A program made the position numbers and the translations under genes. From Mizuhopecten yessoensis (Eukaryota), in contig NW_018405944.1 of assembly GCF_002113885.1 (NCBI RefSeq), positions 2,011,931 through 2,075,930 of the forward strand: a DNA stretch of 64,000 nt. Direction: 5' to 3'. Positions 12,383 through 26,200 of this stretch are shown piece after piece (positions within the stretch are counted from its first letter, which is position 1; each line of letters starts with the position of its first letter). Under the pieces are notes generated by a model. That model did no database searches. It worked only from the letters and a program-made list of their open reading frames with translations, and was not told the origin of the DNA.

Positions 12383-14167
12383 TTATAGAGGCTCGACTGT
12401 GGCAGTCTGTCTGACGAAGCAGCACAGGAGATTTCTACGTATCCAGTCTCTCTTGTTATGGGCCTTGGATGCGCTCTTCTTCTTTCCACCGACTGAGGTA
12501 CTGGTGCTGCCACCTATTGGACATCGAAAGTAACACATTAACATTAAAATAACAATATATTAAAATGGAAGAGAGAACAAAATAGATAATTGATCTGATA
12601 AAACCATGCTCTTTTTTTTTTATTAAGTTTGACTCGGTACAGAACATAAAATCACATAACCCCGTGCACACGAGCTTTTCACACAAGCAGAGAGCAATCG
12701 GGACCATCGGCACTTTCCATAAACGTTAAAAATACGTTACGGAAAGTGCAGACGGTTCCTTCCCGATTAAAGCCGAGAAAAGGCCAAAAAACAGTTATTG
12801 AAAAGGCACCGGGAAAAAGGTCCGGTCCGGAACCTGATTCGCCTTTATAATTATAGACTTTTTCTTTCTATATCCCTTTTTTCTTTTGGCTTAACTCCAA
12901 TACCTAGCTGTGCCGATCGCATATAAATCATCTGGTAATCATTCAGACTTTTCTGGTATGTACCTATTTTAGTTCTTGCCTGACTTCAATGAAGCGGAAA
13001 TGCTATAGGGTATTTTTTCTCATTAATTTCCCAAATGTATGATCTACTGAAAGACCGGATCTGAACGATGTTATCGAGTGAATACTATTCTCACCTGCTG
13101 TAGCAGCATCGATTTCCTTAGCCTCTTTCTTGTCTCTCTGAAACAAAACGTTAAAATCGAATTGCATTAACTTAATCAAGCTAATAAATACATTAATTAA
13201 GTGTTTTAATATTATGTATGACTTATTTTTAAGTTATATATTAAACTTTGACTTTATTCATTCAAAGTCAGATGTTTCTTGTGTATTGAACGAGCCTTTC
13301 TGTGAAATTACATGTGGTGGTACTAGTGTTTGATGTTGATAAAGAAATAATATTTATTTCAATTTTGAGTTTTTGTTACAATGGTGAGACACTGATCAAC
13401 GATCTAATAGAAATGTTAATCGACCGAAGTTACCTTGAGGATCCTGTCCAACAATCGTCCCAGTACATTCTTCTTACCGAAAGTCTTGTTTAAATGCTCA
13501 TGCGTTGTAATCACGTGCTCTTTCTTCAGTTCTGTCGGCTTGTCGTCTTTGATAATAAAGACCGAAAAGAAACACAATTTGATCATTTTTATTTGATAAT
13601 TTTTTTTCTATTTTTCACTATAAATCAACGTTATAAACTGATTCGTTTTAAACGATATCTTAGTAACGTTAATAATAGATGAAATATAACTTTGTGACTA
13701 CATCTTTTTAGTAATATGCCATTTTGAAATACCTTGGTAGTTTAAGCTAAAGGAGTAAATAGCACATGCATGAGACAGGAATATTTTGATTTTTAAAAAT
13801 TACCTTTGACGGGGTGAGAGGTGATGATATGAGGCTTGTTATCGTTTCCTCCAACACTTGGTTTGATTCGATCATCTTTAATCTCCAGAGGCTTACTTCC
13901 TGTTGTGCCACTTGTTACTTCCGGTGTTGCAGTAACCAAGGTTTTGTTAAGTCCGAACATTCTCTCCATCTTGTTGTCAGTTGGTGACCTTTGACCTTCG
14001 CGTATGGCCGTGATTGACCGTCCAATGGTCAGTCCTACAATGCCGTCTACGCCCTGGTCAAGACCTTCATCCATTTGCCTGTTCTCGGTCTTTACTCTAT
14101 CAACGGCTTTCTCTATTACATCCTTCACCAAAATCTGTGCAATATTTCGCAGTTGTTCGTCATCCAT
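12383..14167 (-). CDS. Uncharacterised 216-aa protein, copy B; putative AKAP-like paralogue
   Basis: Coding exons 14167-13804, 13546-13434, 13137-13095, 12513-12383 (364+113+43+131=651 nt), GT-AG, phases 1/0/1, no stops; AATAAA on minus at 12379-12374; 5'UTR exon donor at 15583. Confidence 0.85.
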
Positions 14168-14519
14168 TGTAGATTCTGAAAAATGTAGTTCATGTCGTTA
14201 AATTATTGCCTGTAAGCTCATTCTACCACTTCTGTGAATCAACAACGCTTTTCATTGGTGTATTGTTGGACGATAAACCATGCACGTGCAGGCATTGTTT
14301 TCCAACAGACCATTCACATGCAACACTGTAAAGCACTATTTCCAGCCAATAACATATATGTTTGAGGCGGGGACTCGGAGATATTTCGAGTACATTTGTA
14401 CCTGTTTAGGTCAATATTAATGTTTCAAACAAATTGAATTGACCTAATGTGTAAAACGGAATGAATTTCATGTTATATTATACATCTGGATCAGAGGTAT
14501 CCCCATTTAAGAAAAATCT

Positions 14520-15485
14520 TGTTGGTGAATAAAACAGTATCTCCACTTAAGACAGGTATGATTGGTGAGTTTAACAGTAACTCCGCTGTAGACAGGTATG
14601 ATTGGTGAGTTAAATAGTAACTCCACTTTAGACAGGTATGATTGATGAGTTAAACAGTAACTCCACTTTAGACAGGTATGATTGATGAGTTTAACAGTAA
14701 CTCCACTTTAGACAGGTATGATTGGTGAGTTAAACAATAACTCCACTTTAGACAGGTATGATTGATGAGTTAAACAGTAACTCCACTTTAGACAGGTAGG
14801 ATTGATGAGTTTAACAGTAACTCCACTTTAGACATGTGTGATTAATGGTTTAAACAGTAACTTCACTTTAGACAGGTATGATTGATGAGTTAAACAGTTA
14901 CTCCACTTTAGACAGGTATGATTGGTGAGTTAAACAATAACTCCACTTTAGACAGGTACGATTGATTAGTTAAACAGTAAATCCACCTTAGACAGGTATG
15001 ATTGATGAGTTTAACAATAACTCCACTTTAGACAGGTACGATTGATGAGTTAAACAGTAAATCCACCTTAGACAGGTATGATTGATGAGTTTAACAATAA
15101 CTCCACTTTAGACAGGTACGATTGATGAGTTTAACAATAACTCCACTTTAGACAGGTATGATTGGTGAGTTAAACAATAACTCCACTTTAGACAGGTATG
15201 CTTGATGAATTTAGTCGTAACTCCGCTTTAGACAGGTACGATTGATGAGTTAAACACTAACTCCACTTTAGACAGGTATGATTGATGAGTTTAACAATAA
15301 CTCCACTTTAGACAGGTACGATTGATGAGTTAAACAATAACTCCACTTTAGACAGGTATGATAGGTGAGTTAAACTGTAACTCCACTTTATACAGGTACG
15401 ATTGATGAGTTTAACAGTAACTCCGGTTAAGGCATGTATGATTGTAGTTAAAGAGTAGTTACTCCTATTCAGTTATGGCTGATGA
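14520..15485. repeat. 40-bp minisatellite in intron 1 of copy B
   Basis: About 23 highly similar copies of ttagacaggtatgattgatgagttaaacagtaactccact. Confidence 0.95.
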
Positions 15486-15683
15486 GTACCAAAATACACT
15501 GTGTAGAGTCAAACAGTTTCATATCACAAACATATCGTAACAGTGTACATTTTATATATGGAGAATACGTGATTCATACGTACCTTCCGAAATAAAATAT
15601 CCTATACCTAGTTTAAAAGTTATCTTTTGGAACCAAAATAGTATATCTCCTTCGCACGTCTTCGTTAATCTGTAGCTTCCTTC

Positions 15684-15765
15684 GTCGCTAGCAACAGTGA
15701 CAATGACGACAGGAAATCTCGCGTGACGACTGCCTATTGTGACGTCATAGAAAGAAGTATTTATA
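15684..15765 (-). promoter_or_regulatory. Promoter of copy B: TATA-like box, CRE, X-box-like motifs
   Basis: TATAAATA (minus, 15765-15758), TGACGTCA 15740-15747, GTCGCTAGCAAC 15684-15695; 46-nt block identical to 5712-5757. Confidence 0.65.
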
Positions 15766-16552
15766 GCCCGCGAATAACCTGGTACAACCGTTAAGCGAAA
15801 AACGAATGCGACCCATTATGTAAACTACGAGATTTATAAATTGAAAGTAAGTTAGAATATCTTGCAACAGCAAAATGTACTGACACAGGCTAGTATATTT
15901 ATGTCAGTCAGTTCGCCATAATGCCGTTTTTATCCAAAGGGTATGTTAAATATTGATAGGTTTCACATTTACTGTACTGTAATAAGTAGCGAGAGTGTCT
16001 CCTTAAATGCAACATCGAACACACCGTGAATGATGTAAGCCTACCTCAAACGACGATTTTGTCATTCTAAAATGACCCTTAAATTCGACAATCGAGTAAA
16101 AGGGAACTATTTCTACAAAATAGTTGTCGATTCTTGTCGGATCCTTGCGATGACCGAGCATCAACTACAAAGCAGTGTTACTTGATTGGATAACTGCTGC
16201 TGATGCATCTGTAAACGATGCAAGGTCCACAGAGTCGTCTGCTAGTTCGTCTAGTATTAACACATTCATTATTTCCTCCATCTTGAAATTGTTTTCTGCG
16301 AACGCAGCGTACGGTAAGCACAGAACGTTCGCCAACAAAACGCTCGCGAACGTTCTCGCTACCGAACGCACCTCTTGTATCATTGCGGTCAACGATAATT
16401 GTTCATTTTGATGGAAATCTTACAAGACATTAATGCAGCTTTTTATGTATGAAAATATTAAAATAATACTTGAACGACCCGAAAATTTGACTAAATTATA
16501 AATCTACATGTAAATTGACCAAAAATGCTTCAACAGAGAATTTAATTAATTT

Positions 16553-16996
16553 CACTTCAGACAGATTCGGCTTATGAGATAAACAGTAATTCCGCTTTAG
16601 ACAGGTATCATTGATGAGATTGGCAGTAAATCCGCTTAAAACAGGTAATACTGAAGAATTTAGCAGTAAATCTGCTTCGGACAGATTTCATTTATGAGTT
16701 AAACGGTAACTCCACTCTAGACAGGTATGTTTGATTAGTTGAAAAAATAACTCCACTTAGACAGGTATATTTAAAGAATTCATCATGAACTCCTTTTAAG
16801 ACAGGTGTGATTGATGATTTAATATTTAATTCCACTCCAGACAGAAATGACCGATGAGTTTAAGAGTATTTACTCCCATTCAGACAGTATTACTGATGAG
16901 TACCGAAATACATCGTGTCAAGTCAAAACAATTTCATTTCACAAACATAAACCGCAAAAGTATACATTTTATATACAAGGAGAACACGTGATGCAT
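16553..16996 (-). pseudogene. Third, partial copy of the gene's intron 1 (degenerate 40-bp array plus flank), no exons seen
   Basis: About 8 diverged 40-bp units; 16890-16996 aligns with 15478-15577. Confidence 0.75.
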
Positions 16997-18901
16997 TCGA
17001 TATGCGAGCTTTTTAGCTTATATGATATGTTCCGTCGTCACTTACTTGTGTAGGTAATAATTTTATTGTGCTACATATATATATGAATTACTTTTTTCCC
17101 AATTTTAATGATGAAATGAGTTCCTAATGAGGAGCCAAACGATGTGCTGTATGCGGGTGTCTGAGCACACATGCGGATGCTATCTAAATGAATCCGTGTT
17201 TGTACGTAATTCGTAACACCAGAACTGTTAACAATGTACTTTTTATTATCATAATTCAATTAATCTCTAGAAAATTTAATGAGCCCCTTTATACAACACA
17301 AAGTAATTGATTAAGAATTGAGTCAAATGAACGGAAGCGAACCCCACCCCTTTCTTTACAGTATGGAGATATACGATTGAAATTGATAAACAAAAATGCA
17401 TCAGTACAATAATTTATACTCAAAATGAGCAGCAACCCATGTATTTTTAACCACAGTTATAAAAACTTAAAATATTGTGAATGAGTATGTACTATTTGTG
17501 ACATAAGTTGTCTTATATAGTTGCATTAAATATTGAGGTAACGTGAGGGGATATTTTCCGTATTTTTATTCTTTATGGAACTGAGAGATCAGTTAAAACA
17601 AATACACGTCTTTCATGTTATTGTTACACATAATAAATATACACACCAATTTTAACAATCTTAAGAAGTCTCACAAAAATGAAAATAAATTACCATTGAA
17701 CCACCTAATTAGATATATATAACGTTCATAACATGGTTCAGCATTATTTGTTTGATGCAGTTGTACTTGTTATGGTTTAAATTTGCATATACACTGTGTA
17801 ATGTGACTGTGCTAGTTAGTGCTTACGCACTTTTTCTGCATGTTTCCCTTGAAATTGATCCTTTTTAATTATTAATTCCCCTGTTATCTAACCTGAGGAG
17901 ATTGTTGTTAAATTGAAAATTGGAACACACATAATATTCACCAATCTACAACTTCAGGTACCCCCTTGCCCACCTGCTGACATCCCTTTTATGTCATACC
18001 TGGACACAGATATAAAGGTGTGACTTGGGCTTCCTGCTGTGAGCACTGGACACAGGTGTGTTAAGTGTTATTTATCTGTACATACATTCCATTACACTAA
18101 GGAATTGGATCGAGATGATTTTCATTATTGAACCAAGATTTTAAGTTATACATGTTACTCGTGTATATTATATATATATGCAGAATACTTTGAATATCAT
18201 GATTCAATTATATTTTCGAGATAAAGATAATTTAGCACCGCATACATAAGTATTGTATAAAATTAAATGTGAAACTGTTTGTCGGTATTTTGCTGTTTAT
18301 TTGAATTGTCGACCTAACACAAGGAAGACACAATGTCGTCAATATGTGATGATTCGGTACGATATTTAAAATATGCCATTCATTTTATTACCATTCAAGA
18401 ATATAGCAGACACCAACGTTGGAGTAATTTTGTAAAAAAAAAATCACTGGTATTTCCGTAGCAGTACCACAGTTTATAACTTTGCAATATAAGTAATCCG
18501 ACACAGAAACTGGTCACGAAAATGTTGCTGTTCAACGACGACATGATGGAATAAGTTTTCACTACAGAGTAAAGAAAATGATTGAAAACTGACTTCCAGC
18601 TAAAATTAAAGAATAAACATTTTTTTGAATCAACAACATAGAGATTATTGCTGTTTAATTTCCCTCTATTTCGTTTATTCGACATATTTCCCATCAGTGC
18701 TCAGAAACTGGACACTCTTCAGAGTCGTCAGTTTACTTTGGTTTCAATTAAACTCACTATCTGAAACTTCCGGCAGATTTAATAAGGCTGGATACCATCT
18801 ACATAATTTCATCTTCAGCCCGATCTCATTTCTCAAATCTCATGTCACTTGACGAAAGGGTCCGATTCACCACCAGTTATGATTATGCTAATTATTAGCA
18901 G

Positions 18902-19165
18902 TGTAACAGGAAAGAGAATAGTGTGCTTCCAACGGGGATCGAACCCTCGATCTCCAGGTTCCTATAGTCGGATGCTCTACCACTGAGCTAGAGGGAAATT
19001 CCCGTCACTTTTGAACATATTTTCCGGGGCATACACAAATGTATCATCTATACTGTTTCACCTGGAGGAACCAGATCGGGTGTACAAAGCTATCTTGGGA
19101 GAAATTCCCTCTAGCTCGAAGCTAGAAGGCGACCTTAATCCTATGTACAATTGAACCCTGCCACA
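18902..19165 (-). mobile_element. tRNA-containing solo-LTR-like element carrying a 100-bp inverted templated insertion
   Basis: TGTAACAGG...CCTGCCACA ends, flanks gcag/gtag; A-box TAGCTCAGTGG and B-box GGTTCGATCCC on minus; colinear with 27504-27661 except for the insert. Confidence 0.8.
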
Positions 19166-19276
19166 GTAGTACATGTAGAAGGACAGGTGAATTTAACACT
19201 TTACGCGTCAATATCTCGGTATTGGGCTCACCGATTTTTATGCCATTTTCGACATTTTTGTTTTTGGATCATATAA

Positions 19277-19967
19277 AACAAGGCGAAGTTCTACAAGACA
19301 ATCCATAGTCCTCCATCGGTAATGATTTCTATATCTAACAGACAGTACACTTTTATCACGATGTACCTACATGTAACATAAGGAAAGAATCTTCGAACAA
19401 ACTTTTTCAAAAGTTTAGGTCAAAGGTCAAAACATAGGTCACAGTGACCTAATTCCAGCACTCTGCACTCCTTCCTCCCAAGATAGCTTTGTACACCCGA
19501 TCTGGTTCCTCCAGGTGAAACAGTATAGATGATGCATTTGTGTATGCCCCGGAAAATATGTTCAAAAGTGACGGTCAAAGGTCAAGTCATAGGTCACAGT
19601 TACCTAATTCTTGCATTCTGCAGTCCGTCATCCCACGGAATTAGATTAGTTATCTAAGTCCGTGGTCATCCAAAGATGTCTTTGTTCACCAAATCTGGTT
19701 ACTTCAGGTGAAATAGTACAGAAAATATGCCCCGAGCATTTTCAAAAGTTAAGGTCAAAGGTCACAGTGAGGTCATAGTGCCCTTCTTCTTGCATTCTGC
19801 ATTCCGCCATTCCAGAGACATACGTCTCTGGCCATCCCAAGTTCCTTGTACATCAAATCTGGTTACTCCAGGTGAAGAAGTATTGAAGATATGTCCCGGT
19901 ACTAATAATAATATATTAATTTCTATTTTCGTTCAGGATACATTTTAGTCCCCGTGCTACTGCCAAA
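19277..19967 (+). mobile_element. Helentron-associated interspersed element (HINE)-like repeat with ~155-bp internal tandem units
   Basis: Starts aacaag; three internal units each with ggtcaaaggtca...ggtcacagt and tctggtt(a/c)ct(c/t)caggtgaa. Confidence 0.6.
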
Positions 19968-20517
19968 AACTGTATCTACATATGGGGAACTGGGTTTCCG
20001 GCATAATGATTACCTTAGATAAATCATTTCTGTAAAGAAAACCATACAATGCGAGAATTGTATGAGAAATAATAAGAGAGATGAAATAAACAAAAGACAA
20101 TAATCAACAGTATTTTTTGTGTGTAAAAAATGCAGTTCCGCTAGACCGGGATTCCAACCTTGATTGGTTTTACGTCCACTTCACTTCCGTGTAGCTATAT
20201 AGTTCTGTTATCCAGCAGATGAATATATCTGTAGCTGGTAAACGGATGTACTAAGGCCAATTTGTACATGTGCTCGTCATCCAAACGAAGGTTAAGGGGA
20301 GGTAACTGTATCTAGTGCAGTGGGACAGACATCCTGAACATGTTGATAAATAATTCAGTGACGTCACAAAATCAACATTACCAAAACAAACAACCTTGTT
20401 CACTGCAGTGTCTTCTTTATTTGGTATATATACAATACATATCACAGATACCTTGTCCAGGTAAAACTCAATAGTTACATAAATAGAATGATTTCCTCCA
20501 TACCGGGTGGTTTGGTG

Positions 20518-20741
20518 CACAGGGACCTGAGAATTTGTTACAGCTATATTTGGGCCTAAACTTAGGTGTTCAGAGTAATTTTACATGTTTTAGGAGTTTA
20601 TATCGACTTTCCGTATCATTGAGGGTGTGATTTTTACCGAAAGTCTGTCTTAACACCTAAAACATGTAAAATTACTCTGAACACCTTAATTAGTTTAGGT
20701 CTAAACATAGCTGTAACAATTTAAATTATGAGGTCCCTGTG
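20518..20741. mobile_element. MITE with ~75-bp TIRs (CACAGGGACC...)
   Basis: Left cacagggacctgagaatttgttacagctatatttgggcctaaact...catgttttagg mirrors the right end ...gaggtccctgtg; same family as 37720-38298. Confidence 0.85.
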
Positions 20742-23270
20742 CAGTAGGGTTTGGTGAAGCAAGCAGTTAATTTTTCATTTCCCTTGTCCAATGACCATAT
20801 TCACAGGACTATTTGCGTAGCCTTTTTTGGGATTTTATGTGCGTGTAGCATATCAGTAAGGTATCTTTTTTTATAGCAGGAACTTGTTTTTCAATCATGC
20901 AAGGGGTGCATGGTCAGTTTTAGCAAACTAAGGTCTTACACATATATACCATGTATTCAAGCATACAAACCACTAAACACCAATGATAGCATATGACCAG
21001 TCACACATCAAATTCTTTCAAAATAAACAAGGTTCCTTACATATTTGTATTATGCAAATGAGAAAAGCCCTGATGACATGAATTCCTAACTGACTGACTG
21101 CTAGATGTGGGTTATATACAATATCTGTATGGATAAGGAACTCAAAAGGCCAAAGTTTCATGTGTTTTTTTAAGGGAAATAAAAGTTTTTTTCCATGGGA
21201 AGACACAAAAGAGTTAAAAAAATCTGATGAACATTTCTATTAACTTCATTAATGCTTTCCTATTAAAAAACTTAAGCAGAGAAATTGTTAAAAATCTTAC
21301 CGGGTACACATAAGTAGTTAAATGTCTTTAACTTCACGATCGTTTAAGGCTTCGAGGCTAATGATGGAGCAGTAGATAGTCTGAGATACATGCAACCTGA
21401 TTTTACTCAGCTACAGGATTTCTTTTGCATGAAATTAGTTAAAAAACCCATTTAGTTTCAGTATAGTTTATGTTAGGTATCCTGTCTTGGGCCTCAAATT
21501 AAAATGCCCTAAGCACGACTTATAGTTATGTTTCTGCAAAAAATCATATAGAATGTGCTAAGAAAAGAAAAAAAAACATGTTTCACATTATAGATAACAT
21601 TTAACGATGTAATATTACACATTTAATGACAAATTAGAATATTTTAATTGTGGGTTGAAAAAAGTGTTTTATATGCAGATGAACATGAATTCACTACCGG
21701 TATATGAAATTTTGAGACAAATGTCACACGAAGGTACCAGACAGATTGTAGGAGACAGAAAAATCTAGCACAAGGTAGTATGGTGCATGTGGGATATCTC
21801 TGTCTGAGGTTAGAGAAAATATTGACTTGATCTCTCTTAATCCATTTCACGACTAGTAATTGTCTGACTACATTAAATTAATTTATGCATCATAAGACAC
21901 ATATCAGTGCTAACCATGGGAGTCATTCACAAATTCAAAAATATCATCGTAAATGTTTAATCCAACCCATTTTAAAAGTGACAAATATAGCTGCCGATGT
22001 TATGAATTCAAATTTCTAAATTTCTGGATCTACGTTGAGAAATACAGTAACAATGTATGCATGTGATGTGTTTGCATTAACATGATTTTGTATGAATAAA
22101 AGATACTTAGACATATATGTATGAATACATGGATAAAGAGTACCCATGGAATAAACAAAATTATAAACACCACAAATAGGAGTGATTTTACAGTAACAAA
22201 ATACTTGTCGTCACCTGATGATAACACAGCAGTTTCCATGTCATCTAGCCTGCCATTTCAGAAATGAATGTGTCCGAATCGACATAGAAATGCCCTAAAA
22301 ATTGTTATCTAACTGGATTGACCTCCAGTTTTACGTCAGAATAAATGGATAATATGTGACAACAAAAACAACACGTTATACAACCTACCACTGTAACAGA
22401 CTGTTCCCAATACATATTCCTCACACAACCACTAAAGGTTTCCTCACTCCCACAACCACTATATATGTAGGTTTCCTCACTCCCCACTCATTGGATAAAC
22501 CTGCTAGGAGTTGGTAAACATTTTTGGTTACACACTATGGATGTTATATATCATAGGACAATCTTCTAATTATGGCGTCACATTACTTTCTATAAGACAT
22601 CATAGTTTATGGCAATTGTTTCACTGATCGGAAACAGGAATAACGAATTCTCAAGAAAAATGTGTTGTTTCTACATATAGATAATATCTGAATGATGTGG
22701 GAGAAAAAAGATCCCCAAAACTTGTGATGGTTGATTATCATGTTCATCCAACTCACATGGTTAATTTTCAAATTATGAAAGACACTTGATAAAACTTGTG
22801 TCAAAAATAATTTGAAAATCAACTTACTTGAGTTAGATAAACATGAAAAGCAATTATCACTTGTTAGAGAACCCATATATAAATATATACTGTATCGGTT
22901 CTTCCTATCTGAAGACTCAAACACATTTGACCCTAAACACTACATTTCTGGAAAATCTTAACATTATATTATATACATCTGTACCATATTTCCGGAAAGT
23001 AATACGAAAGTTTTCTTGTGATAAAGATCACAATGAAATATATTCCTTGTGCTGTCGACTCTCATCAGCAACACTGTTTACCAGTAGACACTTTTCAGAT
23101 TTAGAAATTGTGCATGCATAATTCAATTAAAGTGGAGAATGTTCCAACTTTGAACACAAAGGAATAATATGTCTTGCATCGATCACTGGATCACAGAAAA
23201 CAAGCCTCATAGTCATCAGTCTCGTCAGCCATCTTCACTTTCTTTAATTATCAACACTAAAAGTTTTTCA

Positions 23271-26200
23271 TCATTTTCTGAATTTCTTTTTCTCCTGTAA
23301 AAAAAAGAAAGAAAAAAGAAAAATACAAAATCTGTCAGAATAAGTTGAACCAACAAATTATCATTCAAAAAGTACACTACTGTCTATTGTTTCACCAAGG
23401 TGCCCGGGGTTTGATTCCCCGATCGCACGTGAAAAGGCATGGGGTCACCTACAGTCCAACAGGTTTTCTCCAGGTACTCTGGTATCCTCCTAGGTATATC
23501 AAAACTTACTTACCCACCCACATGCCAATATCTGAGCCAACAAGAGCGACTAATATAAGTTGATTTAAGAACATCTACTACACATATATTTACATATATG
23601 CATATTAATGTCATTGAATATGAATTTCATTTTTTTCCCCCTGAAAATCAGAGAACTAAATATTACATAGACAGCTTGCACTGCATAGGATGATTTTTAA
23701 CAAAACATCATAAGGAATGGGAATGAGCTTGCAATTTTTTGTAATGAAAATTATGCTTAAGACAATGTGTTATGACATCATTACACAAAGTGTTATGACA
23801 TCACTACACAAAATAATGACATCACTTCACAAAGTGTTATGACATCACTACACAAAGTGTTATGACATCACTACACAAAGTGTTATGACATCACTACACA
23901 AAGTGTTATGACATCATTACACAAAATGATGAAATCACTACACAAAATGGTATGACATCACCACACAAGGTGTTATGACATCACTGTACAAAATGTTATG
24001 ACATGATAACTACACAAGATGTGAAGGGGACATCTGAGGCGTTTGCACATGTGATAAGGAAACACCATTTCAGTACCCGGATGAGACTATTGACCCCCTC
24101 AGACAGTTACTGGTGCACCCTAAAGACAAGACTGACATTTTAGACAGAACTGGAATTGTGTATCAAATTTTATGCAAAAATTGTCAGCAGTCATATATGG
24201 GTGGAATTGGAAGGATTTTTTTTACATTTCTGAAGGAACATCAAAAGGACATTGAGAAAATGGGCAACATCACATTCACCAGATGTACACGCGAAAGATC
24301 TGCCAACCAGTACAATAAATCGGCATTAACAGATCACGCTAACACCCAAAATCACATCGTTTATTTGGACAATGCTAGCATAGTTGAAAGGAACAACACA
24401 ACAAATCAAGACGAATCAAAGAAGCAATCAAAATCAGAAAAACTCAGAACATGAACAGAGATGAGGGGGGACACCAACTGAGTCATCTGTATGACCCGAT
24501 ACTGACATAACAGGATAGAATAGATCGACTCCCTACCTGTTACCTATCTGATGCAGTGTGTATACACTCCCTATCGATAGGCGAAATGTCTCAGGTCGAG
24601 TGACATGAAAAATATACAATATAGTCACATCGTTGTGCGGGTATAAAATACAAATTGCTCACTCAGTCATAGCTTGACAAAGGGACCAGTCAGTCCTAAA
24701 ACATTGTGACACATTTAATACATACATTGTTTGTGTAGAAAGTAAAACTTTGATATCACATATTTCCAAACTGATGAATATTATTGAAGATAATTTGACA
24801 TCACTTCAAAAAATGTTATGACATCACCACACAAAATGTAATGACATCATCACACAAAATGTTTTGACATCAAATGTTATGACATCACTACACAAAATGT
24901 CATGACATCACAAAATGTTATGACATCACTTCACAAAATGTTATGACATCACTACACAAAATGTTATCACATCACTACACAAAATGTTATGACATTACTA
25001 CATAAAATGTCATGACATCACTTCACAAAATGTTATGATATCACTACACAAAATGTTATGACATTACTACATAAAATGTCATGACATCACTTCACAAAAT
25101 GTCATGACATCACTTCACAAAATGTCATGACATCACTTCACAAAATGTCATAACATCACTTCACAAAATGTTATGACGTCACTACACAAAATGTTATGAC
25201 ATTACTACACAAAATGTCATGACATCACTTCACAAAATGTCATGACATCACTTCACAAAATGTTATGCCATCACTACACAAAATGTTATGACATTACTAC
25301 ACAAAATGTCATGACATCACTACACAAAACGTTATGACATCACTACACAAAATGTCATAACATCACTACACAAAATGTTATGACATTACTACATAAAATG
25401 TCATGACATCACTTCACAAAATGTCATGACATCACTTCACAAAATGTTATGCCATCACTACACAAAATGTTATGACATTACTACACAAAATGATATGACA
25501 TCACTTCACAAAATGTTATGATATCACTACACAAAATGTTATGACATAACTTAAAAAAATATCATGACATCACTACAAAAAATGTTATGACATCACTTCA
25601 CAAAATGTTATGACGTCACTACACAAAATGTTATGACATTACTACACAAAATGTCATGACATCACTGCACAAAGTACCTTATGACATGATTTGAGAATAA
25701 GGAAACCCAATGCAAATTTTGGAGAAATTTCTCTAAAATAGACGGCCACTGCAAGAGTTTCAAGTAAAAACACTGACCTTTGGCTGTGGTACTTTTTGTG
25801 CCTTTAGTTCATCTATTTCATCTTTCTGCTCGGCAAGCTTCTCGTTCATGCTGGCCAAGTGTTCGCTCATCATACTTAGTTGACCCTCGTAACTTTTTGT
25901 TGTTGTCTGCAGTTCATCCTGAATATAATAATGTCAAACAAAAGTCTGATTTAACTTTAAACCTCAACATCTAATTTGTTTGCATAAATTTGATCATCAT
26001 AAGTTAAATTTCAATCAGAGAGCTTAACACCAAAATGGATAGCATTCTCAGTCGGAAACAGATATGTCAACCCAGGACAGCATACCTTCAGTTGGGCAAG
26101 GAATTGTGAAGAATCTTTAAGCTCCTCTTCACACCGAGTTTTGGATTTCTCCGCGATCTGTAATTGTTTGTGTAATGCTCGCACCTACAACAAACAAGAT

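Noticed and set aside
14520-15485. CRISPR-like array (40-bp period, internal hairpin)
   Set aside because: Units are contiguous with no unique spacers, there are no cas genes, and it lies in a eukaryotic intron.
16165-16411. Acidic ORF (MEEIMNVLILDELADD...) as a gene or transposase start
   Set aside because: Short, no recognisable motif or linked exons; possibly a TE fragment but unsupported.
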